In this document: in pieces, positions 39,871 to 56,286 of the stretch | Layout of the letters: the number at the start of each line of letters is the position of its first letter | How positions within the stretch are numbered: the first letter of the stretch is position 1 | Source of the DNA: the human T2T-CHM13v2.0 reference genome, Homo sapiens | Reading direction: 5' to 3' (one strand) | Assembly (NCBI RefSeq): GCF_009914755.1 | Contig: NC_060930.1 | DNA length: 64,000 nt | Made by a program: the position numbers and the translations under genes | The notes under the pieces: model-generated | What the model saw: only the letters and a program-made list of their open reading frames with translations | What the model was told of the DNA's origin: nothing | Database searches by the model: none

Positions 39871-39889
39871 TGGCCACCAGGTGGCATTT
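39871..39889 (+). promoter_or_regulatory. Candidate CTCF site
   Basis: TGGCCACCAGGTGGCATTT closely matches the CTCF core CCACCAGGKGGC; motif evidence only. Confidence 0.5.
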
Positions 39890-39950
39890 GGGTGCCCTGA
39901 TCTCAGGGTCTACACCAAAAAGCTCTTGCCAAAGGCCTTTTTTTGCCTTG

Positions 39951-40350
39951 TGTGGCAGACTGCTAGTTGTCCCGCAATATCTATCTATTCCTCCTGTTTC
40001 CTTGATAAAAAGGCCCTAATTTTTAGCTAGTCACATTTTTTTTTTCTGGGAATAAAACTACATCTCAAAACCTCTTTGCAACCGAGTGTGAGTATGTTTT
40101 CACCAATAAGACATAAGCAGATAGAGGATGCAAGTCACTTCCTAACAAACATCTTTATAAGCCAGCTGACACATACCCATTCACCATATCATAGGTTATG
40201 TAGTCTCAGGTTGCTGCAGAGTAATGTCCTCTTTTAGACATGGTAGAGAATTTATGTACAGTGGAGCAGAGACTGCAGCAACTACAGACTTCAGCCACAT
40301 AACTTACTTCTCTATTATAAGACAGCAAGAAAACAGACTTATCTTCCAGA
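39951..40350 (+). mobile_element. Old MLT1-like LTR fragment
   Basis: TGTGGCAGAC start and MLT1J/K-like internal motifs; boundaries approximate. Confidence 0.45.
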
Positions 40351-43300
40351 GTCACACAGCTGGTATCCAGAGAAGGAGAAAGGGATACAAGTATGTACAC
40401 TCTGAATATGAACACTACGCTCTCAAGCTAGAATGCCTGCATGATGGGGGAAATTCTAAAGTAAAATATGTTGCCATGAAGCGTAATATCAGAAATAACA
40501 CAAATGCTCAGGCAATAAATCAGCAAGAACCGATACCAATTCAAGCAGTTTCCTAACCATATGAAAATAGAGTGACCCCTCAGAAAGTTTCTTTTTGAAA
40601 ATGCTGCCCCATTCACTCTTCACTAAAACGTTCTGAAAATTTCTGACCTATACCCAATCACACGAACACGCTGCTATGGGAAGACACTGCCACTCGTTCA
40701 CTAGTCAGCTCACCAAGGATGTGGATGAGTCAACACTCAAAAGCTGCATGTGTCATGAACTTGGCGCAGAAGTTAATGAGTATTGAAACACGAATTAATG
40801 TTCTGAAAATATGTTCTTTGAATGGCAAAGCCTATATGCTAGCAAGCACAAATCAGCTATCACTAAGATTAGAAAAATCTGAATTAAAGGGAAAAAAAAT
40901 CCCACTCCCTCCACCCCAAGGCATGTTGGTAAAGCCAAAGATTCTTCTTACTTTAGCATTTTGGCTCGGCTGCAAAGCAAACCGCCTTAGGGATGTTACT
41001 GATGTTTCATATGTACTATAGCAGGTAATCCCCAGAAAAGCCAAATTCCTATTAAGTATAAGAGAACAACAGTAAAGATAATAAAATCAATGTTAACTAC
41101 TTATAAAATCTTTATTATTTTTCCTTTGTATTAAGTTTGCTCCCCTTCTTAAAATATGAGTACTTGGATTCTCTTAATTTATACTGACTTTTATAAAATG
41201 TAGATGCTTGTTAATGGAGTTGATTCAGGGTATAGACTCAGTTAAGTGTTCTTTTCAGGTCTATAAATTTTGTCTTTCATTTTGCAAGAAGAAAAGCCAA
41301 TCTCTAGCTGGCTGAACAATGATGAAACACTGAGGAATCAAAGTGTATTTTTGCTACATTAAATTCCTTTGTGACACCACATTCAACCACAGTACACTAT
41401 TCCATCAACTGAGAAGTGCCCCAGGCAACCATCGCACAGGGTACTGAGAGTAGGATTATTATTTTCTTGAATTTACTGTAACAAAAAAGCAGAAGCAGTC
41501 TTTGAACAAAGGGCAGTGGTAAAATTGTTCAGGAATCTCAGTGGGGAACTGGGCATTAAAAAACACCCATTCCCTCAAAGCCCTGCCCAACTTCCATCCC
41601 TCCTGTGAAGGCTTCCTCCTTTACCCAAGCCAGGATGGCCTCTGACCACCACAGCACTGACCGAAGCCTGTGCCTTTCCCCTGACCACTGTGATAACATC
41701 CTTGGGTTCTTCAATCTTTTCACATCTGTATGTTTCAACTTTCTAGTCAGGGGCAGTGCTTATGTCTGGAATTTCTTTGTATTCAAACAGTACCTGGCGT
41801 TGCATATCATACTATGAATATTTATTGATAGGCAACATTTAACTATCATTTCCCTATTACTTCACTTTGTTTAAAATGAAACATATTGCTGACTGTAAAT
41901 GTAGACAGATTTTTCAGGTAAATTCACTTACCACCAAATCTGTTTTACAAATATAATTTCTATGTTCAATATTTCAACTTCTTTTTAAAAGACAATGGCA
42001 CACAAATTTTAATCAATATTACGTGGTTGTATCATTCACAATAAAAAGCAGGAAAAAGATGAATCAATTGCAGATTTGATAAACCTATCTAAAACTGAAT
42101 TCTTATCTGTGTTCCAGATTGGAAGATAAACTGACAGTGTTTCTAGGATCAGATTTTCAAAACTGTATTTCTGGTACAGATCAATTTTCTACCCACAGCT
42201 ATAATCAGGAATGGATGAAGGCTGTGTAGAGAGCAGCTCTGTTTTGTGTCTGTCTGTAAAATATGACACCAGATCCCTCACCTTCCCAGTCGAGATGCTC
42301 AGGGTCTTAAGGGAATATATTAACAGATCACACAAAGAGGAGCACTCTGTGGCTCATTTAGCCATGTTTCTTTGGCCCTTCTCCTTCTCCTTGGCTGGTC
42401 TATTTTATCAGCTACACCACCAGGTAGGCAGTGCCATTAAAAGAGGTTCTTGGTCATAGTGTTGACTAACCATGCACAGTAATCTGTGCTGCAGTATTCA
42501 CATCAAAATGATAATATGCCTCACGGAATGAACAAAGAAATGAAACATAGCCTGGGAGATAAGATACTCTTTTCAAGTCACCTATGAGGTAAATACAAAC
42601 CCCAGGGTCAAGTGGAATCAAAAGTAACATTATCCTAAAGTAATTGAAAATGAAAATAAAATGTAATAGAAGCAAAAATGTGGCTTCTATTACACACCTT
42701 TAGGATGCTTTCCATTCATCCACAAATCCCTCTCCAGAGTCTGCTTTTTACAATGGGAGGTCATTGTTGGCAACACTGCCAAGAGCCTAATCAAAATGTG
42801 AGAACATCTGTCACGCTCTCATTGCATGTCAAAGCTCTGCTGCACACATACACTTGAATCTAAACCACTGCACAACAGATTTTAAGCCATACAAGTCAAT
42901 GATGTTGTGACATCATATTGTGCTTCAAAGGCACCTTTTACACAACGAAAGAATTCTATTTTAATAACAGTACTACGTGTATGAGGTATATAATCAGTAG
43001 ATACAAATCTTCTATTGGCATTATACATACAGGCTATACCCTGTTTATGGGCAAAGTTGCATTTTCTAAATATGGAAATGAAGAGCAACGCATTAAGATC
43101 TGTACTATCCAGGTACTGTTTAAATATTTATCATGAGTCTTTTTATTCCTCCTATTACAGCAGTACAAATAAAAAACTGTAAGTATTTAAGAGGCTCAAT
43201 GCCCGGAACTTTTGTTTGGGAAGTGGAGAGCCAGGTACAGGGAAATTCTGGGAGTGTTCCAGTGCCACAGGCACCTGGCAGCGCCGAAGCGCATGTTCTC

Positions 43301-44399
43301 CACGGTTTAACCTGGACATTCCAGGCTGCTATGTATGTGGCTGTTAGGTTTGTATTCCACAGAAGCACTTTCTTAGCTGCCATGTTTTATCTTTTCATTT
43401 GTAAATGAAAACAATATATATTAGGTGGTAACTAGCTTGTCATCTATAAAGAATATTACCATTATCAGAATAGGAAAAAAAAGCCATCTAATAGAGGAAA
43501 CACCCCAATCATACTAAGCAGTAAGAGATATTTCCCTGGAAGAAGCGGCCTCCCTGGCAGTTGTCATTATTATAGGGGTCCTTCCCTTTCCCAGACTCCA
43601 AAGGCAATTATACACTTGGGTACTAAATGTCTGTGGGAAGTGGAAAAAAGGGGAAAACAGTATCTTTTTTTACACAGAGCTGAGCCCCCTCATAGACATG
43701 AGAAGATTAGGATCTCTCTCGTGCAACCCTACCCCGTCCTACCTAGGGCAGCTGAGAGTGTGCTCTTGAGAGCAGAGGAGAGAACACTTGCTGGGTGCTG
43801 CCTGGGTGTCCCTGACATTCCTGATAGGAGAGGCACACCTATCCTTGCTGGGGATACCCAGGCAAGGACCAGAACAAGGCCCTGAGAAAACCAAATGTCA
43901 CAACTGATAGGGACACATTTTCTACAAATTAGAGGAAAAAAAAGAGCAAAGAATGCCAGACTAAAAGTGAACAGATGTTAGAAGATTGGTATAGGATGAG
44001 GGTGAATTTATGAACCATGAAAATACCAGACAGGGGCTACAGGCCCCTACAGGATCTCCCTCCAGGCAATGGCTCACCATGAAAACAAAATAAGCAGCAG
44101 CCAAATAAATAGGAAACTAAAAGTCTGTTACATTTATTTCTAACGTTGATTGAAAAAAATAGATTATATTCTATTGCCAGATCTTGAATATACCTTATCT
44201 CTTAATAATCCCACAGGAATCCTAAAAAACAGATACTATCAATCTCTACTTTACAGTTGAAAAAACTGTGGCAGAAAGGTTAAATGACTTGCCCCACGTG
44301 GATTTCAGGCCTGTCTGACAGAGCTTCTTGACCCTGTATGTCTTCTCGGCCCTGTATGTCTATCAAGAATGTTGTACTTTTAAATGCTATTTACATAGA

Positions 44400-44647
44400 T
44401 GAAGATTCTGCAAACTTTTTCTTAAAGGCCATATATTAAATATTTCAGGCCTTCTGGGACATAGAGTTTCTGTTGCAACCACTCTAAGTGCCAAAGCAAC
44501 CACAGGCAATATGTAAACAAATGGGCATGTGTTCTCCAATAAAACAGGAGGCCAGTTTGCCAACTGCTGATGTAGAACAGGGGCTGATAAATCATAGCTC
44601 TACACCAAATCCAGCCCACCACCTGTTTTAGTAAACAAAGCTTTATT
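44400..44647. mobile_element. MER58-like hAT elements (one copy plus a fragment)
   Basis: gcaaactttttc-taaaggcca...tgttgcaac...atgtaaacaaatgggc motifs. Confidence 0.65.
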
Positions 44648-45503
44648 CATGATCTAGATGTAGCCTATCATCTAGACCATTTCTAGACAATTGAAGGGTA
44701 ATTCACCAAGCTATAATAATGCCCTAGTTTCACAGAAACATTGTGGGGAACATCCAGCGCTCTTTATTCTCATCTTCCTTCACAAACAATGTTCTGATTC
44801 CTAATCTGTGGCCTGTGTGGTCCAGCCCTCCAGGTGGGAGGGGCCTTGATAAACACCTGGTGCCCTATTGGTGACCTCTCATTGCAAAGGAACAGAGACA
44901 TTCTTCGTCATCATCAATCAACCAGTGATTCAGTTTCTGGAAGACTCAGTACCCTTGGGGAGCTGAAAAAACAAAAAAGGAGATTCTTAACCTGAAAAGA
45001 TGGTGGCCAAAGACGAAGCTTGTGGTGACATGACAATTAATTAATTTATTCATTCAAATGTTTTATTGAGTGTCTACTCTGTGTCATGCAGAAATGCACA
45101 TGAACTTCAGACTAAAAACACTGACTCACAGCACTTAAGTCCATACTTTACATAGAGCAAATCCCCATGTTATTTACAACACCAAAAGACCTGAGCTAGA
45201 ACACAAACCATATTCAAGCAAGCAGATTGACACAGACAGAAATGTTACAATAGGAGCCCCAAGAGAAAGAACTCCAGCTTCCTGTCAAGAGTAGCAGCCA
45301 TAGGAGCAGAACCTGCAGGCTATGGGAGGGCAGCGACTATGCCAGCTCACTGCTGAATCCTGAGTGTTTGGCTCAATGACCGTCAACCGTGGGGGCTACA
45401 AAATACTAGTTGTCATGAATTACCTCCACTGCTTCTGATAAGCTACAGTGTGAATGGCCCAGCCTGAAAGTCAGACTTCCTAACTCTCACATTAATGAGA
45501 TCA

Positions 45504-45722
<219 letters not shown>

Positions 45723-48700
45723 TCATTTATCAGGGACTTGGTTAATCCCCACCACAGTCGAAGGCTCACTGCAGACAAGTGCTTAGAACAGAGTCTGGCA
45801 TGAGGGGTGCTATGTAAGTGTTCATCCTCATCATCACCATCTCATGCAGCCTTCTTTTTTATAACACTAGTAAGTATATACATTTTAGAAGATTCTAATG
45901 CATTCTGTGAATATGAGAAAAGGTGAGAAACCTAATTGCAGAAATTTAACTCGTCTTCCCCAAGCTGGGTCACTTAGGAATGCAGGTCAAAAAAATGGTA
46001 GACTTCATCTAGTGCCATTTGACCTGGGAGGTGACTGACAAAAAACTCAAGTGATTTGCCCAGGGTCAAGAGCCAGTCAGGGGTCTCTTGACAAACACTC
46101 TGGGGCTCCTGCTACCTGGCACCTACCTATCTGTGGACACTCATGTGGACAGCAATCACGGACCAAAGATGATCAGTAGATATTTCAAAATTGCTTTTCC
46201 AATTTGGATTGTCCCAGTAATTGTGCACGACACAAAATGATTAATATACATACTAAGAATTCCAGCGTATGTAACACTAATTAAACATTTCCCAAATTTA
46301 ATGCTACTACTTTCTAACATTTAAGAACTAAATCAAAGAAATAATAAGACAAGTCATTAATGTTTGAAAACAATGACACTGCTGTGGTTTATAAAACAGA
46401 ATTAGTCATCCACAGAGTGGCTGGTGTGGAAATAGCACCTCCCCACATAATACTTTGAGCATATGCTGTCAAGTATATGAAAAATTGATTTAGTGATCCC
46501 ATCAGTACTTGCTGGAAAACCAAAAACCAAACGGTACTCCCACAGAGCACATTTAAATGGAATAATCATTATTAAAATGTCAGTCCTTTCTTTCTTCTCG
46601 ACTCCTCTGTGTATGCACTTCACTAACAGCTGGGAAACAATACGCTGCCCCCGACCGGAAAGGAGTAATACATTTAGATCCGTGAACAGCACAGCTGCTA
46701 ATCCTTATGAATGTTGTCTCAATTCTCATGATTGCAGACAAACTGTTTTAAGGTTACCATAACAGGGTATACGATTAACGCTGACAGTAAGATGTATAAC
46801 ATGACTCAAGTATTGACTTTCTTAGTTTAAGTTATGCTTGGATATTTGTTAGAATATACCTTTATATATACTTCCAATTGCATTCTGTGAGCATGTATTC
46901 TAATTTACCAGATATAATGAATACTGTACTTGCCTAAATAAATGTAATCTTGGGGTAAAAGGCTATCTCTTGTGGTATATTTTAATTTTTAAGAGCTTCT
47001 TGATCAGTACCCGGTGCCCCCCACAAACACAAAAAGCATGTGAATCCTTGAAAAAAAGTATAAATAATCAAACAACAACAACAAAAAGACAACGTGCAGA
47101 CCAAGCATGCACCATTTGAGCACCTGCCTCACCCTGGCATCACCACGACCTGTAGTACAGCAAATGACAAAGGCCTAGGGAGCCAAAATTCCCAGCTCTG
47201 AAAGTTGCTAGCTCAGTGACCTGAGACAAGGCACCAAAGTACTAGAATGCAAGTTCTGTAGTGAAAGACAATGAGTAGGAAATATACTCTAAATGCCTGT
47301 TTATCTAGAAAGGTTGAGACATCAAATCTAACCACAGAATGAAATAAATATGCAACAGGGGCTGGTTACTGTACACGGAAAGAGTTTCAAATGCCTGACC
47401 TCCCTATTCTTCTGTCCTGTGCACCAGAAGTGGTACCTTGAAGGAGGCTGTGTTAAACCTGAAGGTACTGGCACTTAATATATTTTATCGATACTTTCTG
47501 TTTATAGATCCATCTAGGTTAGCCCATTGCATATTCACAGCATAATGTGAATCCCTATAATCTAATGATGCTTTGTGTCCCATCTGATTTGGCTCAGAGG
47601 ATAAGAACAAGGAAGGTGGGGTTTGAAGAAAACATCCTAGACTCATAAACCAGAGTTGGTCAGGTGATCGCTAGGAAATAAATTTCAAAGTTTAAGGGTG
47701 AAAAAAGAGAACTGAACTGTGGAAGTCCCTTAAGGCCAGAGAAGGTATCTGGACTTGAGAAGGAGGCAGGGAGATCAGTTGGTATGTTCCCAGTGTAATC
47801 TGAAATAAATGTAAGGAGAAGTAGGAGTAGTCAGGAGAAAGACAGACAACTCTAGGAGAACCTACCAAAACAAGAATCAGGGGATCCGAAAAGTCACGTA
47901 TGTAAAAAGGCGGCAAACTTTGTAACCCATGGAGATTTTGTTTTAACTGATTTTAGGTTGGGTTTTAACATTATTCAAAGAAAAAAACAAAAACAAGTCT
48001 CAAAAAGTTTTGCCTTTCCCTGATATCCGTGAAAGGTTTTTCTATGATTTCTCACCCCTGACTCCCAGAGCCATGCATATGGGACTGCTCTACTGGATTA
48101 TTACAACACGCAGGTCTGGAGCTCACCCTAGGCAACTCTCCAAGGTTCCACAAGTACAGAGTTCACCGGTTCAACCACTAAGTGGTTTGAACCACAGAGA
48201 ATAAGTGCACTGTGCTCTAAGCTGCTATGGCTGCCTGTTTTTTTCCAAATGTGACTCAAGGTGCCAAAGTAAGTCATAAATGGCTTGGGCTCAAGATGTG
48301 TTTTCACCATGTACCTCCAAGGAAAACAAAGTCAGCTGGTGTGCACCTGCCAGAGTTATCAAATGTCTGCAGCAGGAAGCTGGAGCTGCAGTTATTTGTG
48401 ACCCTGGGGCTTTACATATAATTGAGTACCTCTGCTCTTTACTGTAGTAGTGAACAGCTAGCCTTCAGACACCAGTGCAAGACTACTTGTGAGCCTATGT
48501 GTATATACCCACACTGACAATCCATGCTTTCATGAGATCTAATCTAATTATCTGATGGCTGTTTTTGCATTTGGTCTCACAAGATCTGAATCCGGAAGCC
48601 CCATTCTCTGGTTTTAGAAATCAAATTGCATTCGGCAGAGAAAAGAGAAAAATGGAGGCAAAACTAGTAAAAGGAGACAGACAAAGCTTGGTCAGAAAAT

Positions 48701-50030
48701 TAAAGCTTGGTCAGAAAATGCCTGGCAGTACAGAACGAGGAACACACTTCTCTTTTCAAATTTCACAGCCACAGTCACGGGTAATATTTCATTGTTTGGC
48801 ACAGAACCCAGCATTTTACACTTGGACAATAAGCCCTTTCTTCCCCAGGTAATGATGAGCTTGTTCCTGACATAAATGGTCACATGCGGTCACTGAAGGA
48901 GGTTTACAGGCCTTTGGGGACTCCAGCTTTTTTTAAGAGCAGGTGAGTCACCCTCACTGCCCTCCTCATTGCCCTTTATCCATTTAAACTATTTAAGATA
49001 CGAAATTTTCCAAAGTAAAACTTCTGTACCCAGTGTAAATTTGAGGAAATTAACTGTGGGCCCTGCAGCAGTGGGCTAAGAATGGCTATCTAGAAGAAAT
49101 GATTTTCCTCATCTGTCCACTGGCTGCTGCTGTACTCCAGGTTCTAGGGGGAAGAGGGAATGGGGGGAGGTGCAGGACACCCTGAAGTCGAATTCTCGAA
49201 CGGTCACTTCCTGGCTTCTGGCCCTTGCATGGTTTCCACATTCTTGTGGGTGCTTTTCCTAGCTTCTCTTGATCCGCTGCAAGGTGCTTGGGAAAGTAAA
49301 GCCTGGCTAGGTTTTCAAGGTATACTATCAGACCTATTTACAGAACATCATTCTTTTGGTTTTAATAACCCTGACAGCAACCTACCACCACTATAAGATT
49401 CCTTATGGATTGCTGCTCTGTGACTCAGAGGCTCAAAATAACAGTGATGAGACATCACTGTCAACTGGCCAAATCCCAAGAGGAGGACAGGGCCACTTGA
49501 GCACCTGCCTTGCTCTCCCCTAAGACTGCTTTTTTTGTCTAATGACCAAACGACTGCAGCAAAACTGAGTGGGACAAAAAGCACTTTGGAGGAGTTCAAC
49601 ATATGTGCATAAGGAAAGTGCAGACTTTTTTCAGCCAGATTGCTTTTAGGACAGGGTCTGCCTGGTCAACTGCAAACTGCTAACTGAGCCAGACTCCTGG
49701 GACAAATCAGTGTGTGTATGGCCATGACGCTACAAAAACAGTGCAGATGGACAGAATGGAGGAAAAAAACAAAACAAAGCAAAATGAATGTGACCAATTT
49801 TTTTTTTAAGTTAAAAAGAGAGCTATGTTTACTTTGGGGAAAATTAACCCGTACCATGAAATGTAAAACCACAACTTAACAAGTGTTTCCCTTTCCTACT
49901 AGAACCAAATAACACCCATGTTTTCATGATGTAAGACTATACTTTTAGAATTACATTTTATTTCAGTTTAACAACAGCAGAATTGATTCTCAGCTTATTC
50001 CAGAAAACATTTTTTGTCAGATGTAGCTAA

Positions 50031-50399
<369 letters not shown>

Positions 50400-50565
50400 C
50401 ATTGGTACTAATTTTTAATCAATCTAGAACGTTAGCTGTTCCTGCCTCCAGAGGAACAGAGACTTGGAATATAAGATTAATGAGAGTGCCATTTTAGGCG
50501 TTTACATTTCCCTTTGTTCTGGGCATCTGTTCTACCGTTTTATTCCCATTAAGTAATTTTGGCTA

Positions 50566-50901
<336 letters not shown>

Positions 50902-50967
50902 CTAATGCAATTTAAAAAATTAATGAAAACACATTTAATTGAGCAACAGTTCCAGAGCTACACATAG

Positions 50968-51303
<336 letters not shown>

Positions 51304-54300
51304 TTATAATTGGTTTTAATCATTTATCTAGTTCTCAACATATTCCTTTAATAAATGACTGTTTTATTTCCCAAGGAAATAAAATACTCTTGGGCCAGGG
51401 GCTTTTGATGACCTAGATAATGTGTGGAATAGTAACCCTGCCTTCCTATTTTGTGCCTATTATCATGCTATAGGAGCTATAAGGAGGAAAACAATAAAAG
51501 CCAAATCACGGTTCATGTCTGACAGGATTGTTTATTAGATAAAAATGTAATAAGCCCTTGTTATCCACCAGATTCCCTGCAAAGTGCTAGAGAGACAAGT
51601 AGTAAGATGAGGTCGATTCTGCTCGTGAGACAAAATCATATAAAAATGCAAGTAATAAACCATAAACAAGGATAAGTGACTGGTGGGTTGAGGATCCAAA
51701 ACAAATGACAGCCCTAAAGCAAGGGCTGAATTGAGTCTCAAGTGCAGGAGTGTGGAGATGGAGGGGAAATGGGTGCTAGCAAGAAAAGCACAGCATCCTA
51801 CTGGATGAGGTGCAGGAAGATAGGCCACTCCTGGCATGAAGGCCACAGCCAGGAATGAGGAGAGGGGAAAGGAATAGAAAGGACAGAAGGAAGACTGGTA
51901 AAGAGAACAAACGAGAGATCCGTTTTCAAGAGGAAGTGTTGTTCAGTTTGGGGCAGATGGAGATGCTGGTGGTGGCCTGATAGGCCATCCAGTGAGCCAG
52001 GTAGAGAGCAGTTTAGTTACCTGTGACTGTGGAGCCACTGTCTGAACACAAGGGCAACATAAAGATGGCATTAATAAAGGATGCACGTGTCTAACAGCTG
52101 AATGCAGAACAATGGAAGTCTACGGAGGGGAGAAGAGTAAGAGCACTATTGCAACAAGCCGGGGAGAACACCACATCAAGCGGGAGATAAAGTCTGGGCA
52201 GGAAAGAAAACAAATGAAAGGTATTTCCCAAGAAGAATAGCCAGGGCTTGATGCCTGCAGGGATATGGAGAGTAAGGTAGAGAAATGAGTTCTTAACTCC
52301 CAGGGCTGCAACTTTCAGTGACAGCGTTCAGTGACAGAGCTGGGAGAGCAGGAGTGAGAGGTGATGAGGAAAGGAGAAAACGAAGGGCAAGCACAGAGGT
52401 CTGCCTGAGGTAGGGCCAGGTCACCCAGAGGGAGAGACACCGCAGCAAGTGGAAGTGAGGACAGGGCTGTAGGGGACAGGTCACATGTGCTGAACAGACA
52501 AGCCTTTCTTGGGTTTCATGTGGAAGGGGGGGGTTCTTGACACTGCTTATTTTTATAACCCAAGAAACTAGCAGTTCATGTTTTTAGGATGCTAGAATTT
52601 ACCCACATGAAAAGATGTTGGAAAGAGGGAACTCTGAGGATCACCAGGGGCCTTGATCTTGGGCTGCTGAGATTAGTATGGCAAACTTTGTTTTCTCAAG
52701 TGAGGACATAAAGAAGAACTCATACAGCCAAAAGTAATTTGCTCATTCTCCAATGCACTTTCTTAAAAAACCTCAATCAGGCAACATATTTCATGTGGCT
52801 TAATGTTTTAAAGAGACCAAAGTATGGGGGAAAAATGAAGTAAATTATAGCTGTCAAAGAATAATCAATCTGTATTAACTATGAGCACATCAGAATTATA
52901 AAACAGACAGAAGTGAATAACAAAAGGACAAGGTGATTTGTAGACTGTCATTAATAAAAGCTCTGACTTTACCGCTGTACTTTATGACTCATCTCTAGTT
53001 TTTATTCTCAATAGGGCGCTCTGTGCTAATGATATATGGCACATTCAAATTCAACCATGCTTCTCTTTAAATTGATGAGTTCTAGTGAACACTGAAGGTT
53101 TCCCCTTTCCAGTCTGAAAATCTTATAACCTTTCAGAAGGAAGGTTATACAAATATATCACCCCCCCAACAAAATCTCCTAGCATTAATTTGCATTTCAT
53201 TACATCTATAAGATGGGATGTCACCTTAAGGCATAGTTAAAACCCCTCTTTTGGCTTTAAATGGCAGAAATTCAGATGCCTTGGGAAACAGTTACAACAT
53301 CCATGATGGTGTCCTATACAAGAATCACTGTTTAATCCTGACTTGTGCCGGAAAACTCCTGGAGCACCTATATGAAGACTTATGCCACCCAAGTCTCATT
53401 TGGATGCAGCAACGCATGAGGTCAGTGCATGATGAACAGAGTGCTGTACCTGGCATGCAGGAAGCCCTCACTAACTGCTGGCTGTAACTACCCTTAGGGG
53501 GACATCCCTGCCTCAGTTTGGACAGAAGCCATCAGGCTATCAAAGTGACTAGAAACAGATTCACTAAACAAAGATACTGAAATAAATGGTCAAAAATCTG
53601 TTCTGTGACTCGTGGGTCCCTCGTCCAAATATAAATAAGGGTCAGAATGTGAACAGAGGGTTTTGAGGAGACAGGTGATAAGATTTCCTCTTGTTCTTGC
53701 CTGTAAGTCCCCCACCCTATGGGAGGGTGACAAGATTATTACCTTCTACCAACCCCAGCCTGACACAGACAGAGTATCGGTGCCTGATCCAAACCTGCAA
53801 GTTAACGGGACTGTGCCTGGAAATCCAAAAGGCAGGAGAATGGCCAACTACTTCAGAGGAAGAGCCTGGAATGGGTTGCTGTCTCAGGGTTACAGATGTG
53901 AATTTCAAGCAGGCATGCAGTTGTCTTGGGTCCTGTCCAACAGAACTGCCTACAGGGGTGTGGAGATCTAAGTACAAGAGGGTTGAAGAGTGCAGTCAGG
54001 TGCCCAGGGGCTGAACAGACTCTCAAGAAAAACCCAGGAGTGCTTTCTTCAGGGCCAAGGGACCTGCAGAAAAAAGGGACCAGCAGAAAGTGCCCATAGC
54101 AACCTGTGACCCCGAGAGAAGCAGCTGGAATCAGCTGCTCCCCTGCCACCCCCAAGCAACGCTAGGTTTAAATACCTTCCAGGCACAGAAAGCATACCAC
54201 CTTGAGCAAGGGAGAAATAGTTCCTTATTGATCAAGGACCTGAACGTGGATCTGCCTGACTCTAAGACCTGTGCTTTAATTCACGGAAAAACACATTTTA

Positions 54301-55104
54301 GGACTGCTTTATCTTAGACAGGGCCACTCTGCAGATCTCAAAGGGGACTTTTTTTCCTCATTATATACCATATATTTTGCATTTCTAAATGGTCCTATTT
54401 TATCCTCAATCTACCCAGCAGCAGCAGTTCACCACCACCAAGTAACCTCATTGGCCTAATAGTACTGAATTCTTCTTTTGTGTAAAAAACTGACCCCAAA
54501 TTAATGAGTTTTACTGTAGTCAAAATCAACTTTCATGCAATAAATAATTTATAAAGCAGCATATCATTTTTGGAAAAATCACAGAGAATGAATAAAAGGG
54601 AACAAAAAGGCTCTCTGTGAAACACGACTGATACGGAAGTGACGTTCTCAAGAGGTTAATGTAGTTCACTGCACAAAGCAGCAACTGCGAAGGGTTTCAA
54701 TTCAATCTGACAATAGTCTATTCCCTTTTCTAATAAGAGGGCTCTAAATCCACACTAAGATCAACAACAGGGATAATGCAAATAGCCAAAGGTTACTCAA
54801 AAGCTTAAAGCTAAGGATTCTAAATCTAAACAGTTTTAAAAATTAAATGTTCATGATTATTACCAGATATTAAGTATACAAAGACAACTGATATATTTGT
54901 TTAAAAAGCAGTACTTTGGAAGTCTGAAATCCTATCTTTACAATTTTTATGAAGACCTTGCATTTCTACATGATATAGTACTAAGCTACAAAGATATCAC
55001 ACAATGAAAACTTGGATGAACTATTTAGACACTTCATTCCTGATGATTACAGGTTGAAGGTTTTTTACCTTGTAACAGATCACTAGAGAATGAGAGACGC
55101 ACTA

Positions 55105-55479
<375 letters not shown>

Positions 55480-55723
55480 CTAGGGCATGAAAAGGAGCAA
55501 GAACCAGTTGTGAGTAAATTGAAAAATGCTAAGGAGCCCCTGAAAAACCCAGCAAGGACGGGGGAATGAAGGACCTCTCTTCCCGGCCCATCACCCCCAC
55601 AAGATCTGGTAAATCCTCTTCTAACTGAGCCGGCCTCAAATCTGGGCACTTCTCTCCACCTCTCCTGCCATCACACCATTCCAAGTCGTCGTCGTCTCCC
55701 TCCCAAGTCTTTGTGTTCTACAG

Positions 55724-55927
55724 CAGTGGCTTCCAACCACAGACACTTTCACCCCCAGGCAACATCTGAAAATGTCTGGAGACATTTTCGGCTGTCACAA
55801 CTTGAGGGTGGGGCTACCACTGGCACCTAAAGGGTAGAGACCAGAGATGCTGCAATGCACAGGACAGCCCTATAACAAATTAGCAGCCAGCTAAAAAGGT
55901 CTACAGTGCCAAGTCTGAGAATTCTTG
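55724..55927. mobile_element. MER20 hAT MITE
   Basis: aatgtctggagacatttt..tgtcacaact core; degenerate 8-bp TSD ttctacag/gtctatag. Confidence 0.8.
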
Positions 55928-56286
55928 GTCTATAGCATTAGCTTCCTGCCTGGTCTTCCCACTGTCACTCTTGATTTTCTCAGTATGGCAGCCACCACAG
56001 TATCTCAATCTTTTAAAGTGATCCATGTTAGTGCCCTTAGAAACTTTCAATGACTTCTCCATTATACTTGAAATAAAATCCAAATTCCTTCCCATGGTCT
56101 TGCATGCTACAGTCCTTTCCCACTTAGCCAACTGCAGATGGTTCCAACACTTGCCTCACTTCCTGTCCTTTACTGGCATTGGCCTTTATTAGATGCCACT
56201 TTTAATCGGCACCCAGTTTGTTTCTTCACAGAGCTTCTCTCAAGATCTATTCATTTATTTGTTTTTGTTGAAAGATGAGGTCTCTC

